A DNA stretch of 64,000 nt, taken from the IMG/VR virus record IMGVR_UViG_3300031420_000495, positions 64,001-128,000 of that record; one strand, 5' to 3'. The notes below the pieces were generated by a model that was given only the letters and a program-made list of their open reading frames with translations, did no database searches and was not told the DNA's origin. The first letter of the stretch is position 1. Each line of letters starts with the position of its first letter. Position numbers and translations under genes: made by a program. Below, piece after piece: positions 20,213-29,767 of this stretch. This stretch comes from a virus. Taxonomy: Duplodnaviria > Caudoviricetes.

Positions 20213-21157
20213 ATGCAAATCTGTCTTAATTCTCCGCTACCATCATTTGATTCGATCATGGCATCGTTCAAACCGTTGATGACTTGGCCACCAAAGTTTC
20301 CGGCGTTCCCGTCTCTGCCGAAGATGATGTTCCCGAGCTTGCCATCGCCTTTGTTCCCGTCGTTCCACGTGCCGAACTTCGAGTTGATGCTTCACGCACT
20401 TGAACTGCAGGCATTCCAATTGCAGACAACAATCTTCGGAATGATTAAACCGATGCTGGACAAACTCGGCATTGCGATTTCATCTTTCCTCCCGAAGATT
20501 CCTGGACTTCCGAATCTGAACTTGTTGGACCTGCTTTCTGGCAGCGTAGACAAGATTATTGCCGCAGTGAAAGCTGCGATCGCAAACGGATTCCATTTGC
20601 CTGGTTTGCCATCCCCGTTGTTCGCCACGCTAAAGATTCCAGAGTTCGAAGTCATTCAGACGATGCAGATTCTCATCTCGAACTACATGGGAATGGTAGC
20701 ACGGTTGATTCCGGATTTGATCGGGCAGATCACGAAGAAATTCAAGCTGCCAGGTCTTCCAGCAATGCCAACACTTCCTAGCATCGGCGACATCATTGCG
20801 AAGATTCCATCAGTGCCTGACATCAAGGCGAAGATCATGGATGCGCTGGGTAATTTTGACATCATGGGCTTCATGTCCAAGATCACATTCCCTGGACTCC
20901 CAGCATTGCCGTCAATTCCGTTGCCAATGATGTTCTCATTCAAGATGCCGGACATCGAATTCAATCTGTCGCTAAACCTGCTATACAACCATCTTACCAC
21001 AGGTTTTCTGAAGCCGATCATGGATTTTCTTTTGAAGACTGTGAGCAAAGTGGTATCATTTACATTCCCGAAACTTTGCGCGAATATCCCTGTTCCTGAA
21101 ACGCCAGCTATTCCGGCGATAGAAATACCTCAGGTAAAGATACCACCGATCAAGTAA
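20213..21157 (+). CDS. Pro/Leu/Ile/Met-rich repetitive protein, probably virion-associated
   Basis: 314-aa ORF with repeated (F/L)P.LP.P / KIPGLP units. Confidence 0.6.
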   Translation: MQICLNSPLPSFDSIMASFKPLMTWPPKFPAFPSLPKMMFPSLPSPLFPSFHVPNFELMLHALELQAFQLQTTIFGMIKPMLDKLGIAISSFLPKIPGLPNLNLLDLLSGSVDKIIAAVKAAIANGFHLPGLPSPLFATLKIPEFEVIQTMQILISNYMGMVARLIPDLIGQITKKFKLPGLPAMPTLPSIGDIIAKIPSVPDIKAKIMDALGNFDIMGFMSKITFPGLPALPSIPLPMMFSFKMPDIEFNLSLNLLYNHLTTGFLKPIMDFLLKTVSKVVSFTFPKLCANIPVPETPAIPAIEIPQVKIPPIK

Positions 21158-21171
21158 AACGCAGAAATAAT

Positions 21172-21191
21172 AGCATTAGCTGACAAATAAG
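21172..21191 (+). repeat. Dispersed 20-bp element copy 1 (AGCATTAGCTGACAAATAAG)
   Basis: Exact match to copies at 38812-38831 (-) and 52965-52984 (-). Confidence 0.9.
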
Positions 21192-21197
21192 GAATGG

Positions 21198-21842
21198 TTA
21201 CACGAACCATTCCTGATATGTGCCTGGGAAGTTTTCTGGTTGATACAGCCAGATACCGTCCTCGCCAAGTGTCAGCTTGATCCCGAACTTGATGACTTCT
21301 AGCGAGCCTACGAGCACAGGCGATACGGCGGTGATGAAGTGCGGACCGCCAGGGAACATGACCATAGTCCCCCGTTGCGGTACGAGTGAGAAGTTATACG
21401 CAGGAAATTCCAGCTTGCCGCCGTACACCTCAAAGCGAGGATCAAGCGGCACACCGCTTCCATAGTCCTTCAGCCAGACATAACCGACGAGGTCGATGTC
21501 TTTACGCTTCACCCATTTCTTGCGAACATACTCTGAGTTCTCGCAGCCGTGTGGTTCGCATGGCTTCTTCGGGTCCTCGAAGTACTGTTGGAAACGAGGC
21601 ACTTCCATGCCTTTGATCGTTCCGTTGTAACGGTCCTGAATGTCTTGACCTACTTCAAGAATCGCTTCTTGAATCAGCTGGGACCAACCAGAATCCTTAA
21701 TCAGGCGTTCGTTCTTAAACGGGTGTCCATTCTCGTCGACTGATGGTTCGCTGATACCGTACTCAGCGATGATCTTCTCGCATTTCGCAGGCGAAATGAA
21801 GTTTTCTACGACGTGGAAAGGGCTATGGATATTATCTGTCAT
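21198..21842 (-). CDS. 2OG-Fe(II) oxygenase (prolyl-hydroxylase-like) fold protein, degenerate active site
   Basis: GGKLEFP...PQRGTMVMFP..V.PV..G pattern, but the canonical HxD, distal His and Arg are not all present. Confidence 0.6.
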   Translation of the reverse strand: MTDNIHSPFHVVENFISPAKCEKIIAEYGISEPSVDENGHPFKNERLIKDSGWSQLIQEAILEVGQDIQDRYNGTIKGMEVPRFQQYFEDPKKPCEPHGCENSEYVRKKWVKRKDIDLVGYVWLKDYGSGVPLDPRFEVYGGKLEFPAYNFSLVPQRGTMVMFPGGPHFITAVSPVLVGSLEVIKFGIKLTLGEDGIWLYQPENFPGTYQEWFV

Positions 21843-21845
21843 ATA

Positions 21846-22451
21846 TTATTTCTTGAACATTGAACGAAGGTCTTTGCCGACCTTGAGAACAGCCTTGCCT
21901 TCCGATTCAACGATTGGAATTTCTAGTGAGGTACGGTGCTTGTCGACGAGAACCTCCACACGCTGCTCTGGCTTTTCAGCCGATGCTGGCCAGAACGAGA
22001 ACGAGCTTTCATTCAACGTGTACGTTGTCTTCGCGCCACGAGTCATTTTCTCTACGCAAAGAACCGACGTCTCGCTATTGTGAGTGACCGCTTCAATGAG
22101 TTCGCCGTCGACCTTGACTGGGCCGAGGGATTCAAAGTTGAAGTCGTCACCACCGAGGTCGGCAGTATCGTCGTCGAATCCAGACGCATCCGGATCGGTT
22201 TCATCGTCAGTTGTTGTATCGTCATCATCCGTGCTCGTATCTTCGTCCGGGGAATCTGGACCTGGTTGATACGCATATCCTGGGCCAAAGCCATAAGCGT
22301 TCGGGCCCATCAGACCGAGCACAATATGCAGCAGGGTTTTCGGAGTTGGTTCTTCGGTGTCCACATCGTGGCCAGCCGCTTTCAGCATCTTGACCGCGTC
22401 CTTGACGTCCGCGTCAGCATCTGCTGGTGCAATGATTACAATCTTTGCCAT
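21846..22451 (-). CDS. Hypothetical protein with central Asp/Thr-rich tract
   Basis: ATG 22451 after AAGGA; codon usage like neighbours. Confidence 0.6.
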   Translation of the reverse strand: MAKIVIIAPADADADVKDAVKMLKAAGHDVDTEEPTPKTLLHIVLGLMGPNAYGFGPGYAYQPGPDSPDEDTSTDDDDTTTDDETDPDASGFDDDTADLGGDDFNFESLGPVKVDGELIEAVTHNSETSVLCVEKMTRGAKTTYTLNESSFSFWPASAEKPEQRVEVLVDKHRTSLEIPIVESEGKAVLKVGKDLRSMFKK

Positions 22452-22461
22452 GTTGTTTTCC

Positions 22462-22878
22462 TTATTTGAGGCCGGCAAGGGCTTTGAAACGTTCTTTCGT
22501 TGCGTTGATCAACGGAGCCTGCGCTTCAACAATTGAAATTGGAGTTGTCATCTTCGCATCATTCGCCATCTTCATCTTGTCGACACCGATGCGTTTGACG
22601 ACCTGGTGCGTGCTTGTTGAGCCTGTTACTGGATCAGTGCAGCTGACAGAAAAGACAACATCGAACGAGACAATCGCATTGCCTGGTTCGGTGTTCACTG
22701 GGGTGATGTTGTTTGCGTAGACATAAACCATGTCTGGGGTCATCTCGTTGCTTGGCACAGGGTTCGAGATGGTAACGTCGTCCATGCCTGTAGCTTCTGG
22801 CGGAAGTTCTGGAACAGCTTGCATATCCGATGCTGGAGCGGCGAATGCCACATCCATTTCGTTTGTTGGTGAAGTCAT
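22462..22878 (-). CDS. Hypothetical late protein
   Basis: GGAGA RBS; ATAAATA at 22902-22908. Confidence 0.6.
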   Translation of the reverse strand: MTSPTNEMDVAFAAPASDMQAVPELPPEATGMDDVTISNPVPSNEMTPDMVYVYANNITPVNTEPGNAIVSFDVVFSVSCTDPVTGSTSTHQVVKRIGVDKMKMANDAKMTTPISIVEAQAPLINATKERFKALAGLK

Positions 22879-22904
22879 GTTATCTCCGATAATTGATCAC
22901 CTAT

Positions 22905-23579
22905 TTATGCTTTTGCTAATACTGTCGTCCAATACTTGTTTACGCGAGTTTTGAGTTCTTCGCGGAGTTCATCCGTGAAATCGAACTTAAATTCTTGTGG
23001 GAAGCCTAAGTCAGAGACCATCAGAATGATTCCCTGCTGAATGTCGGTACCGAACATTTCATTGTGCGCTGTTCCGTAAAACAGCAGCTGAAGTGCATAG
23101 TCGTGAATCTCGGCCTTGCCCTTGACACGCGAAGCAGTCTTGAAGTCGACGATGACCGGCACGCCTTTGTATTTGCCAACCAGGTCGCATCGCCCAGCGA
23201 CTTCGAGCGATGTCGAATACAGCGGAACTTCCTGTCCCCAGATTTCGTCGATCTTGTCGAGCTTCAACTTGAGTGCGTTGAACGAAGCCATGTCTGGACC
23301 CGGAACAGGTTGACCGTTAATGGGCGCATCGACCTTTTCTTTCTTCAGGTAACGTTCAGCCAATAGGTGGACGTTTGTTCCGCGGTCGGTTGCTTTCTTG
23401 GTAACAGCTGCAGCCTTTGCGTGACCGAGAGATGTCCTCCAGCTTTCGAGGGACTTGGTCTTTTCTGGAGGTTCAGTTCCGCCGAGCACTGTCGTGATGG
23501 ATGGAAATGATCCGATGGGTGTGTCGTACCAGCGGCCACCAAAAGCGGTCTGCGTGGTCATGTCTTCGTATGTAAACAT
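22905..23579 (-). CDS. PD-(D/E)XK exonuclease (lambda-exo/Cas4-like)
   Basis: PSITTVL, RGT.VH, EVPLYS...VAGRCDLVG...IVDFKT, Y.LQL..Y. Confidence 0.85.
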   Translation of the reverse strand: MFTYEDMTTQTAFGGRWYDTPIGSFPSITTVLGGTEPPEKTKSLESWRTSLGHAKAAAVTKKATDRGTNVHLLAERYLKKEKVDAPINGQPVPGPDMASFNALKLKLDKIDEIWGQEVPLYSTSLEVAGRCDLVGKYKGVPVIVDFKTASRVKGKAEIHDYALQLLFYGTAHNEMFGTDIQQGIILMVSDLGFPQEFKFDFTDELREELKTRVNKYWTTVLAKA

Positions 23580-24148
23580 TATTTGTCTTTGGTAAGTAAA
23601 TCGAGCATGAACTGCCCTTCAGCCTCACTGGTGATTGGAACAGCGTAATACGCTTTGCATCCAATCATGATTTCGTTTCCGGACTTGATGGCATCATCCA
23701 TTTCGCTGTCTTGATAACCAGCAGTGTCAAGTTCGCTTGCAACTTCATCAGGATCGACGTTGTGCATCAGGTGGAAAAGATCGCCAACATCATTTGACCA
23801 TACGAATGGGAACGCACCAATCGGGAAAACAGCGAACGGTTTACCGTAGCTTCGTGCATCATCGAATTCGCCTGTTACAAATACACCTTGACTCCGTGCC
23901 TTGAATCCGAAATTCTCGTTGAACCAATTGTCAATCGCTGTGGAAACTTCTGGCGGCATATTGCGTGGCCGACGATCCTGACGAACCGATTGCTTGAACG
24001 ACCTGTTTGGTTTTCCAGTCATTCCGCGATACAACAAACCTGATGGCTTAGTATCCAGAAATATCTTGCAGTCACGTTTGATAAGATCAACGATTTCAGA
24101 GTTGCCGTACGTCTCTTGTTCGTCTTCTAGCAGTTCTATTATTTTCAT
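23579..24148 (-). CDS. Putative internal head protein, ADP-ribosyltransferase-like (paralogue 1)
   Basis: N-terminus MKIIELLE. Core LYRG...FVTG...YG..FAVFP...NEIM. Clear paralogy with 24148..24756. Confidence 0.45.
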   Translation of the reverse strand: MKIIELLEDEQETYGNSEIVDLIKRDCKIFLDTKPSGLLYRGMTGKPNRSFKQSVRQDRRPRNMPPEVSTAIDNWFNENFGFKARSQGVFVTGEFDDARSYGKPFAVFPIGAFPFVWSNDVGDLFHLMHNVDPDEVASELDTAGYQDSEMDDAIKSGNEIMIGCKAYYAVPITSEAEGQFMLDLLTKDK

Positions 24149-24756
24149 TAGTCGTTTCCGAACAAATACTTGATCGTTGCTTTGACCTCACTCTTGCGGA
24201 CTTGCATCATGTAGTACTCTTTGCAGGCGACCATGATTTCATTCTTCGAATGGATCGCATGGGAAAGATCAGTGTCTTTGTACTTTGCCAATTCCAGATA
24301 ATGGCGAATGTCTTCTTCATCTTCGAGGTCTGTCATGTGGATGTATAGATCATCGATAGTTGGAGACCAAACAAATCTGAAATCGCCTATTGGGAATACA
24401 GCATAAACCATCCCGTATTCCATCGCAGTCCCGTAATTGCCTGTTGTAAAAACCGTGTTGCTTCGTGCTTTGATGCCGAACTTCTTGTCGAAGAAGTCGT
24501 CATAGATTTCGTGAACCCAGCGTGCGGTATTCACTGGCGATCGATTTGTACGAGCAGCTTTCCTTACGAAGAAACTGTTCGGGTCACTTGCCGTATTGTA
24601 CCGGCGCGTACCACGGTACATCAGTTGCTGTCCGCACTGTTCGAGAAATGGCCCGCAATCGCGCTTAACCTTGTCAAGCGCTTCTTGCATAACGGGATCA
24701 GCTTCACTAATCTCGTTGTCATCGTAATCTTCTGCGAGCAGTTCTGCAACTTTCAT
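24148..24756 (-). CDS. Putative internal head protein, ADP-ribosyltransferase-like (paralogue 2)
   Basis: N-terminus MKVAELLAE. Core MYRG...FTTG...YG.VYAVFP...NEIM. Confidence 0.45.
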   Translation of the reverse strand: MKVAELLAEDYDDNEISEADPVMQEALDKVKRDCGPFLEQCGQQLMYRGTRRYNTASDPNSFFVRKAARTNRSPVNTARWVHEIYDDFFDKKFGIKARSNTVFTTGNYGTAMEYGMVYAVFPIGDFRFVWSPTIDDLYIHMTDLEDEEDIRHYLELAKYKDTDLSHAIHSKNEIMVACKEYYMMQVRKSEVKATIKYLFGND

Positions 24757-25415
24757 CGATTGTTCATCCTTGCCAAGCGCTTGCTCAGGGATTTCTTGCG
24801 GGTGCGTTTCGATTTCAGAATCCGCACGATTTTCTTTTTACGGCTTGCGATCTTGAGCTTCATGCGAGTTGATGCTTTGGCACGTGGCTTGAAAGCAGTC
24901 TTCATGTTGGCAACGACGCGACCCTTGCGGATACCCGACGTTACTCGGAAGCCACGCTTGATCTTCCCGCCTGAACGACGGAAAGCCATCTTCACTCCTT
25001 CTTCAACCGCCTCACCATCTTGCTCTATTGTATCATCATCTTGTTGCTCTACGTCATCTTGTTCAACGCCGATTTCTTTCAGCGTCGCAAGGTCAAGAAC
25101 AACACCGTTCGGATACACTTCATCACCGGTGCGTGTAAGTACGATCGAATCGTCAGTCGGCTCAACCAATATGATCTTGCTGTTTTGATCTTTGATTTCA
25201 CCTGGTGATCCGTCTTCTGCGATGTCGAAAAACTTATGCAGCTGGTCGATGTCGAGCTTCAATTGGAAGCCATCACAAGACAGAATCATGCCGTGTTGTG
25301 CGAGGTGGCCGATGGACCAACCATCAGGTGTGGCTGGTCCAATATCGTCAGGGGCTTCAACCGATTCCGGTTCAACCCCTTCAACCTCGTCATTGACTTC
25401 CTTGAGCAGGTTCAT
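24753..25415 (-). CDS. Prohead core protein-like (acidic N-part, very basic C-terminal peptide after VEE)
   Basis: MNLLKE start. C-terminal GVKMAFRRSGGKIKRGFRVTSG..KGRVV resembles gp68-like core proteins of T4-like phages (recalled). Confidence 0.55.
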   Translation of the reverse strand: MNLLKEVNDEVEGVEPESVEAPDDIGPATPDGWSIGHLAQHGMILSCDGFQLKLDIDQLHKFFDIAEDGSPGEIKDQNSKIILVEPTDDSIVLTRTGDEVYPNGVVLDLATLKEIGVEQDDVEQQDDDTIEQDGEAVEEGVKMAFRRSGGKIKRGFRVTSGIRKGRVVANMKTAFKPRAKASTRMKLKIASRKKKIVRILKSKRTRKKSLSKRLARMNNR

Positions 25416-27430
25416 TACCGATCGTCCCCTGCATCGTCATCATTGCCGGCAGCCTGTCCGCCACGCTGGATAGTATTCTTCGCCAGCAAGTCTTGCAGAC
25501 GAGTCATCAGCGTGAAGACTTGAGCGCGGTTGCTCAGCGTTGCTTTGCGTTCACGAAGTGCGGTGATGATCTGGGTACGACGGCGATTCAGGACATCGTC
25601 AGGAATGCCGAGTGCTGCGACCAACGAAGTAACAGCCTGTGCGTACTGGTCATTGCCGACGTCAACATCTTCATCGACCTTGCGCGAAGCCATCTTCGAC
25701 AGTTGGCTGAAGCGTGGATCAGTGTCTTCCATCACGCGATCTGTCGAGTAAGCATGAACAGTGATGTCGTCACCGTGCTTGTCCATCCATTTTTCCATGG
25801 CTTCTTGGTTCTTGAATTTCTTTGACCATGGCGTGGACTTCATGCCCTTGACACCGCGAACTTCGATCGGTACGTCTTTGTCTTTTGGTGGCTTTGGTTC
25901 TTTCTTCGCTTCATCAACTGGTTCCATCGCGTCCTGGCCTTTGATGCCCATGCGAGTTGCCAGCAAACGAAGTGCACGTTCCAGAGTCGAATCCTGTTCG
26001 ATCAGCTCAGCAGTTTTGTAAATGCCGGTGCCGACAGCAGCTGGACCGCTGGTGACAACCATTGCTTCTGGCAGGCCAAGTTGAAGCAGAACGGATTCCA
26101 GAAGTTTTTGGATGAACGAGCCGCGCTTGGCTTTTGCTTCGTTGATTTCTTTGGTCGTGTAGTTGATTTCTTTGGCTTCTTGAACTCCAGCATCGTCGTC
26201 CTTGATCGTCAGACCTTTTGCTGCAGCCAGACCTTCGTACAGCGTGCTGAACGCGCGACGCACTGCGACCTTCTTGCGAAGCATGTCAGCAGCGGAAGCG
26301 ATCGCTTCGGAAACTTCAGGCGTGTTCATGTAACGTCCTGGGACGCCGCACATGAAGTGGAAAGCCACCAGGCGTTTTGCCCAAGGCAGTTTCTGTTTTG
26401 CGGCCATCGCACGTGCTTGGCTGTCAAGCGGAATATTGAATCCGTCCTTGACGCCATCGCGGTCTTCACCTGGGGCTTCTTGCAGAACTCGTTCGAGGAA
26501 CCTGGTACCAATTGTCATTTGCTTCTCCTGTTTGTTGTTTTCGTTTAGAACCGGTCCATCCGGGATCATGCCTTCAGCAGCCGCTGCAGGTTCGGCTGGT
26601 TCAGCCTTTTTCTTTTTGCGTTTCTTCGGAGCATCAGGATCGTCATCATCGTCGTCCTCGTCCGAATCTTCATCCTCGTCGTCGCCTTCTTCATCTTCAT
26701 CTTCATCGTCGTCCTCGTCATCAGCACGAGGCTCGAGAGGTTCTTCTTCATCAGGTTCGTCCGCAGAGGTCTTTGCTTTGCCAGTACCAGGATCGACTTC
26801 AGGCGGAACATCGTCTCCACCGGCGATCACGTCGTATTGGTCATCAGCGAAATCTTCATCATCTTCTGGATCGTCGAGTTCCAGGTTCGATGTGTCATCA
26901 ATTTCCAGGTCTTGGTCCGGGTCATCAGGCACACCGTCGCCATCAGCATCGTCGCTCTTCGGCCACACAACGTCGACGATGTCGAACTCAGTGGTGAGGC
27001 GGTTGATTGCTTCTTCGATGTCGTCTTCGAGACCCAACATGTTCTTCATGGCTTCTTCGAACTTGTCAGCTTGCTCAGCATTGACGTACACCTTGACGAT
27101 CTTGCCGTCATCGGTTTCGAGACCGAACGGAACGGTATCAACTTCGTCGTTCAGCTCTTCAGCGCGCTCGATGTAGTCGGCAACGTCAGAGCCAGTAACG
27201 GAACCGCTGGCGTTGATGGTATTGCGCATGAGGTTGAAGCCGATGTCGCTAGCAGCGGCAGCACGGTCGACAACGTCTGTCTTACCAGCATCGGAGCCAT
27301 CGGAAGTCTTCAGTGCCTGTTGCACGTTGAATTCGCGGATCATGCTGAAACCGGCATCCTTGGCTGGAGCCGGTTGCGTTTCTTGCTTTGGCGCGTCTGG
27401 TTTTTCTGCGATGTCCTTGAGTAGGCTCAT
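25415..27430 (-). CDS. Large acidic internal head/core protein
   Basis: Long Asp/Glu tract followed by KKRKKKK. Many hydrophobic-x-E sites (VLNE, VLQE, VQE, INE, VDE, VME) typical of prohead-protease-processed proteins. Confidence 0.5.
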   Translation of the reverse strand: MSLLKDIAEKPDAPKQETQPAPAKDAGFSMIREFNVQQALKTSDGSDAGKTDVVDRAAAASDIGFNLMRNTINASGSVTGSDVADYIERAEELNDEVDTVPFGLETDDGKIVKVYVNAEQADKFEEAMKNMLGLEDDIEEAINRLTTEFDIVDVVWPKSDDADGDGVPDDPDQDLEIDDTSNLELDDPEDDEDFADDQYDVIAGGDDVPPEVDPGTGKAKTSADEPDEEEPLEPRADDEDDDEDEDEEGDDEDEDSDEDDDDDDPDAPKKRKKKKAEPAEPAAAAEGMIPDGPVLNENNKQEKQMTIGTRFLERVLQEAPGEDRDGVKDGFNIPLDSQARAMAAKQKLPWAKRLVAFHFMCGVPGRYMNTPEVSEAIASAADMLRKKVAVRRAFSTLYEGLAAAKGLTIKDDDAGVQEAKEINYTTKEINEAKAKRGSFIQKLLESVLLQLGLPEAMVVTSGPAAVGTGIYKTAELIEQDSTLERALRLLATRMGIKGQDAMEPVDEAKKEPKPPKDKDVPIEVRGVKGMKSTPWSKKFKNQEAMEKWMDKHGDDITVHAYSTDRVMEDTDPRFSQLSKMASRKVDEDVDVGNDQYAQAVTSLVAALGIPDDVLNRRRTQIITALRERKATLSNRAQVFTLMTRLQDLLAKNTIQRGGQAAGNDDDAGDDR

Positions 27431-29742
27431 TCTGTATCCTTGTCGTCATCGTCTTTCGGACGAGGGAATTTCGCCTTCTTGACGTCTGGGTTGCGTTTAC
27501 GCTTCTCGGTCTTGCGGGAACGGTTGATGCCGGTGCTTGACTCTGGGTCTTTTGTATGTGACACGACATCGACTGCAGCGCCCTGTTTTGCATCAGCGGC
27601 AGCAGCGTCTTCTTCCTCGCTTTCAACTAGCGAATTGATGTCAGCAAGCAATTTCTTTTCCTGCACCATTTGGTCGTTCTCTCCATTTGCGTTTAGTAGC
27701 AGCTCGTCCTGAATTGCTTTCAAGCGGACGAACAGCGGTGATGATGGAACAAATTGTTGAACGTAGTAATACAGTTTCGAAATGATTTTGACCTGTTGGT
27801 CGTGAGTCAGGCTTTCGAAAGAAAATACACCACGCAGCAGGATATTTATGCGATCTACGTTGAGTCCTTCAAACTGTTGCAGAAGATGCATTGTTTTGTA
27901 GTGATCTGCCCATTCAATTGGAACATCTCTACCAAAACTCAAATCCATGTGGAGGTATCGCGGTTGCGATGGTGCAGCATGACGAACGACCTTGAAAATC
28001 TGGCTGGATGCTTTCGGCCCAATCAGCTTCTTGACTGCTGGTGAAGAAGCGTGCCAGATTGGATAACCCCAGAAGTTCAGCTGCGACATCTGCGCATCCC
28101 AGCGTGTCATCTTGTAGTGGGTCTTGTCTTTGAGCAAACGCAAGCCTTTGGTGTCATCCATCTTGTAAATGATGACCGCCATCAATACGGTTGCGAAGTA
28201 GATGTTCATCAACGTGTAGGCGTCCTTCTTGTACAGGGCCTTGTCCGTATCGATTTTCTTTTCGAGAAGTGCTTCACCAACCATCGGCACATCGGTTTCC
28301 TGGTCGTGAACTGCTTTTGCCAGGTGGCCGTAGATCGTCGCGATGACCTGGGCAATCGTCTTTGCCTTCTTCACCTTGTCAAACAGTTCAACAATGTTCC
28401 GACGGGACTCAGCGAACACCAGCAAAGTACGCTTGTAGATTTCCTCGGAGATGCCGATCGTCTTTCCGTTCTTCAGTTTGAGCTTGAAGTTGTCTTTGTT
28501 TTCTTTGAAGTCGTTCAGCAGTGCACGCATGTCTTTCGCAGCTTGCTGGATCAGTGCTAGCATTTTACGCTTCGTGCCCAGGAAATCCTCGATCGAGAGG
28601 TTGGCAGCGAAAGCTTTGACGGTGTCGACTGGCGTATCACCCTTGACAGCTGCGAAGGCTTTCTTCGCGGTCGATCCTCGGGCGAGCTCTTTGTTGCCGA
28701 GCAAGTCGGCGATCTGAATCTTCATGTTGCCAACAATGCCACCACGTGCTTCGAGCGGTGCATTGCCGTCCAGCGTCTTGACGACACCTGAAATCTGATT
28801 GCGGATTGCGTGGTTGAAAGCGTTGATCGTGGTGAACGCGTCCTTGTCCACGATCTTGATCAGGTCACTCGTTGTTGGGTCGCGTAGCACGACGCCTTCG
28901 ATGCCGACGTCCTCGTCGGCCGAGATGTCTTTGTCACCGAGTGCTGGTTTGATCTTGCTGATGTAGTTGTCGAGCAGTTCTTTCTTGATCGGGAGCTTGA
29001 AGCCGGTCATTACCTTTGCGGCGACTTCAGCTTTCTTGTCCTTGGCAACTGGACGATCAGCAGCAGGAATTGTGGCCAGAGAATTCTGGAGCAGTTCAAG
29101 ATTCGTCAGCTCAGGCGCGAACTCGAGCCCTGCTGGTTCCCGGAGATATTCTTCGAGCGAAGCCAGGATTTTCTCGAGGTCAATGTCTTTCAGGTTCGAT
29201 GGGTCGACGCGCTGTGCGCCAGTGAATTGCCACGTGATTTCCTTGGTGACAATCTCCAGGTCTTCGCCGTCAGTCGTCTCGATCGTGTCGACACGGACCT
29301 TGACGGATTGCCCGCCGAGAGTTGTGGTGAGTTGATCGGCGATAACGTCTGGCGTGCCTTCAACACCACGAAGGAATGCGATGTAGGATTTGTCGTCAGC
29401 ACCGTAGGTCACGGCATTTGGTTGACGACCGTAAAGGATTTCCATTTCGACCATCTGGCCGTTCTGCATAACGCGGCGGATGTCTTCGAGTTTTTCTTCA
29501 AGAGCAGCGTGAGCAGCACGAAAGCCGTTGTACGCTGCGAAGCGAGGATACTCAGCTTCGGAAAAGAACTTGCTTGCGCCCTTGCGCTTGCCTTCTCGTG
29601 ACGTAAACAGTTTGCCTTCGTCATCCAGTCCAAGCCAAAGATTAGCACCATCAAGCTTTTCTGACGCGTGCATCGTGCCGATGTTGCGCACTGCCTTAAT
29701 GAAGGCTGCTAACGGAAGATCTTCGATGTGTGTAATTGACAT
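27427..29742 (-). CDS. Ligase-fold (ATP-dependent nucleotidyltransferase) protein, DUF6267-like
   Basis: Motif I SEKLDG, motif III EMEILYG, motif IV IEGVVLRD, motif V LIKIVDK, in correct order. N-terminal HIED. Confidence 0.6.
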   Translation of the reverse strand: MSITHIEDLPLAAFIKAVRNIGTMHASEKLDGANLWLGLDDEGKLFTSREGKRKGASKFFSEAEYPRFAAYNGFRAAHAALEEKLEDIRRVMQNGQMVEMEILYGRQPNAVTYGADDKSYIAFLRGVEGTPDVIADQLTTTLGGQSVKVRVDTIETTDGEDLEIVTKEITWQFTGAQRVDPSNLKDIDLEKILASLEEYLREPAGLEFAPELTNLELLQNSLATIPAADRPVAKDKKAEVAAKVMTGFKLPIKKELLDNYISKIKPALGDKDISADEDVGIEGVVLRDPTTSDLIKIVDKDAFTTINAFNHAIRNQISGVVKTLDGNAPLEARGGIVGNMKIQIADLLGNKELARGSTAKKAFAAVKGDTPVDTVKAFAANLSIEDFLGTKRKMLALIQQAAKDMRALLNDFKENKDNFKLKLKNGKTIGISEEIYKRTLLVFAESRRNIVELFDKVKKAKTIAQVIATIYGHLAKAVHDQETDVPMVGEALLEKKIDTDKALYKKDAYTLMNIYFATVLMAVIIYKMDDTKGLRLLKDKTHYKMTRWDAQMSQLNFWGYPIWHASSPAVKKLIGPKASSQIFKVVRHAAPSQPRYLHMDLSFGRDVPIEWADHYKTMHLLQQFEGLNVDRINILLRGVFSFESLTHDQQVKIISKLYYYVQQFVPSSPLFVRLKAIQDELLLNANGENDQMVQEKKLLADINSLVESEEEDAAAADAKQGAAVDVVSHTKDPESSTGINRSRKTEKRKRNPDVKKAKFPRPKDDDDKDTE

Positions 29743-29767
29743 TGTAAAGCCTTGTGGTTTATCGCTC

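Noticed and set aside
22905-23579. Cas4 suggesting a CRISPR system
   Set aside because: No cas1/cas2 or array, and the Cys cluster of Cas4 is absent; it fits the common phage PD-(D/E)XK exonuclease.
26640-26760. PKKRKKKK as a eukaryotic nuclear localisation signal
   Set aside because: Context is a bacteriophage head-protein operon; a basic patch beside an acidic tract is adequately explained by DNA or core packing.
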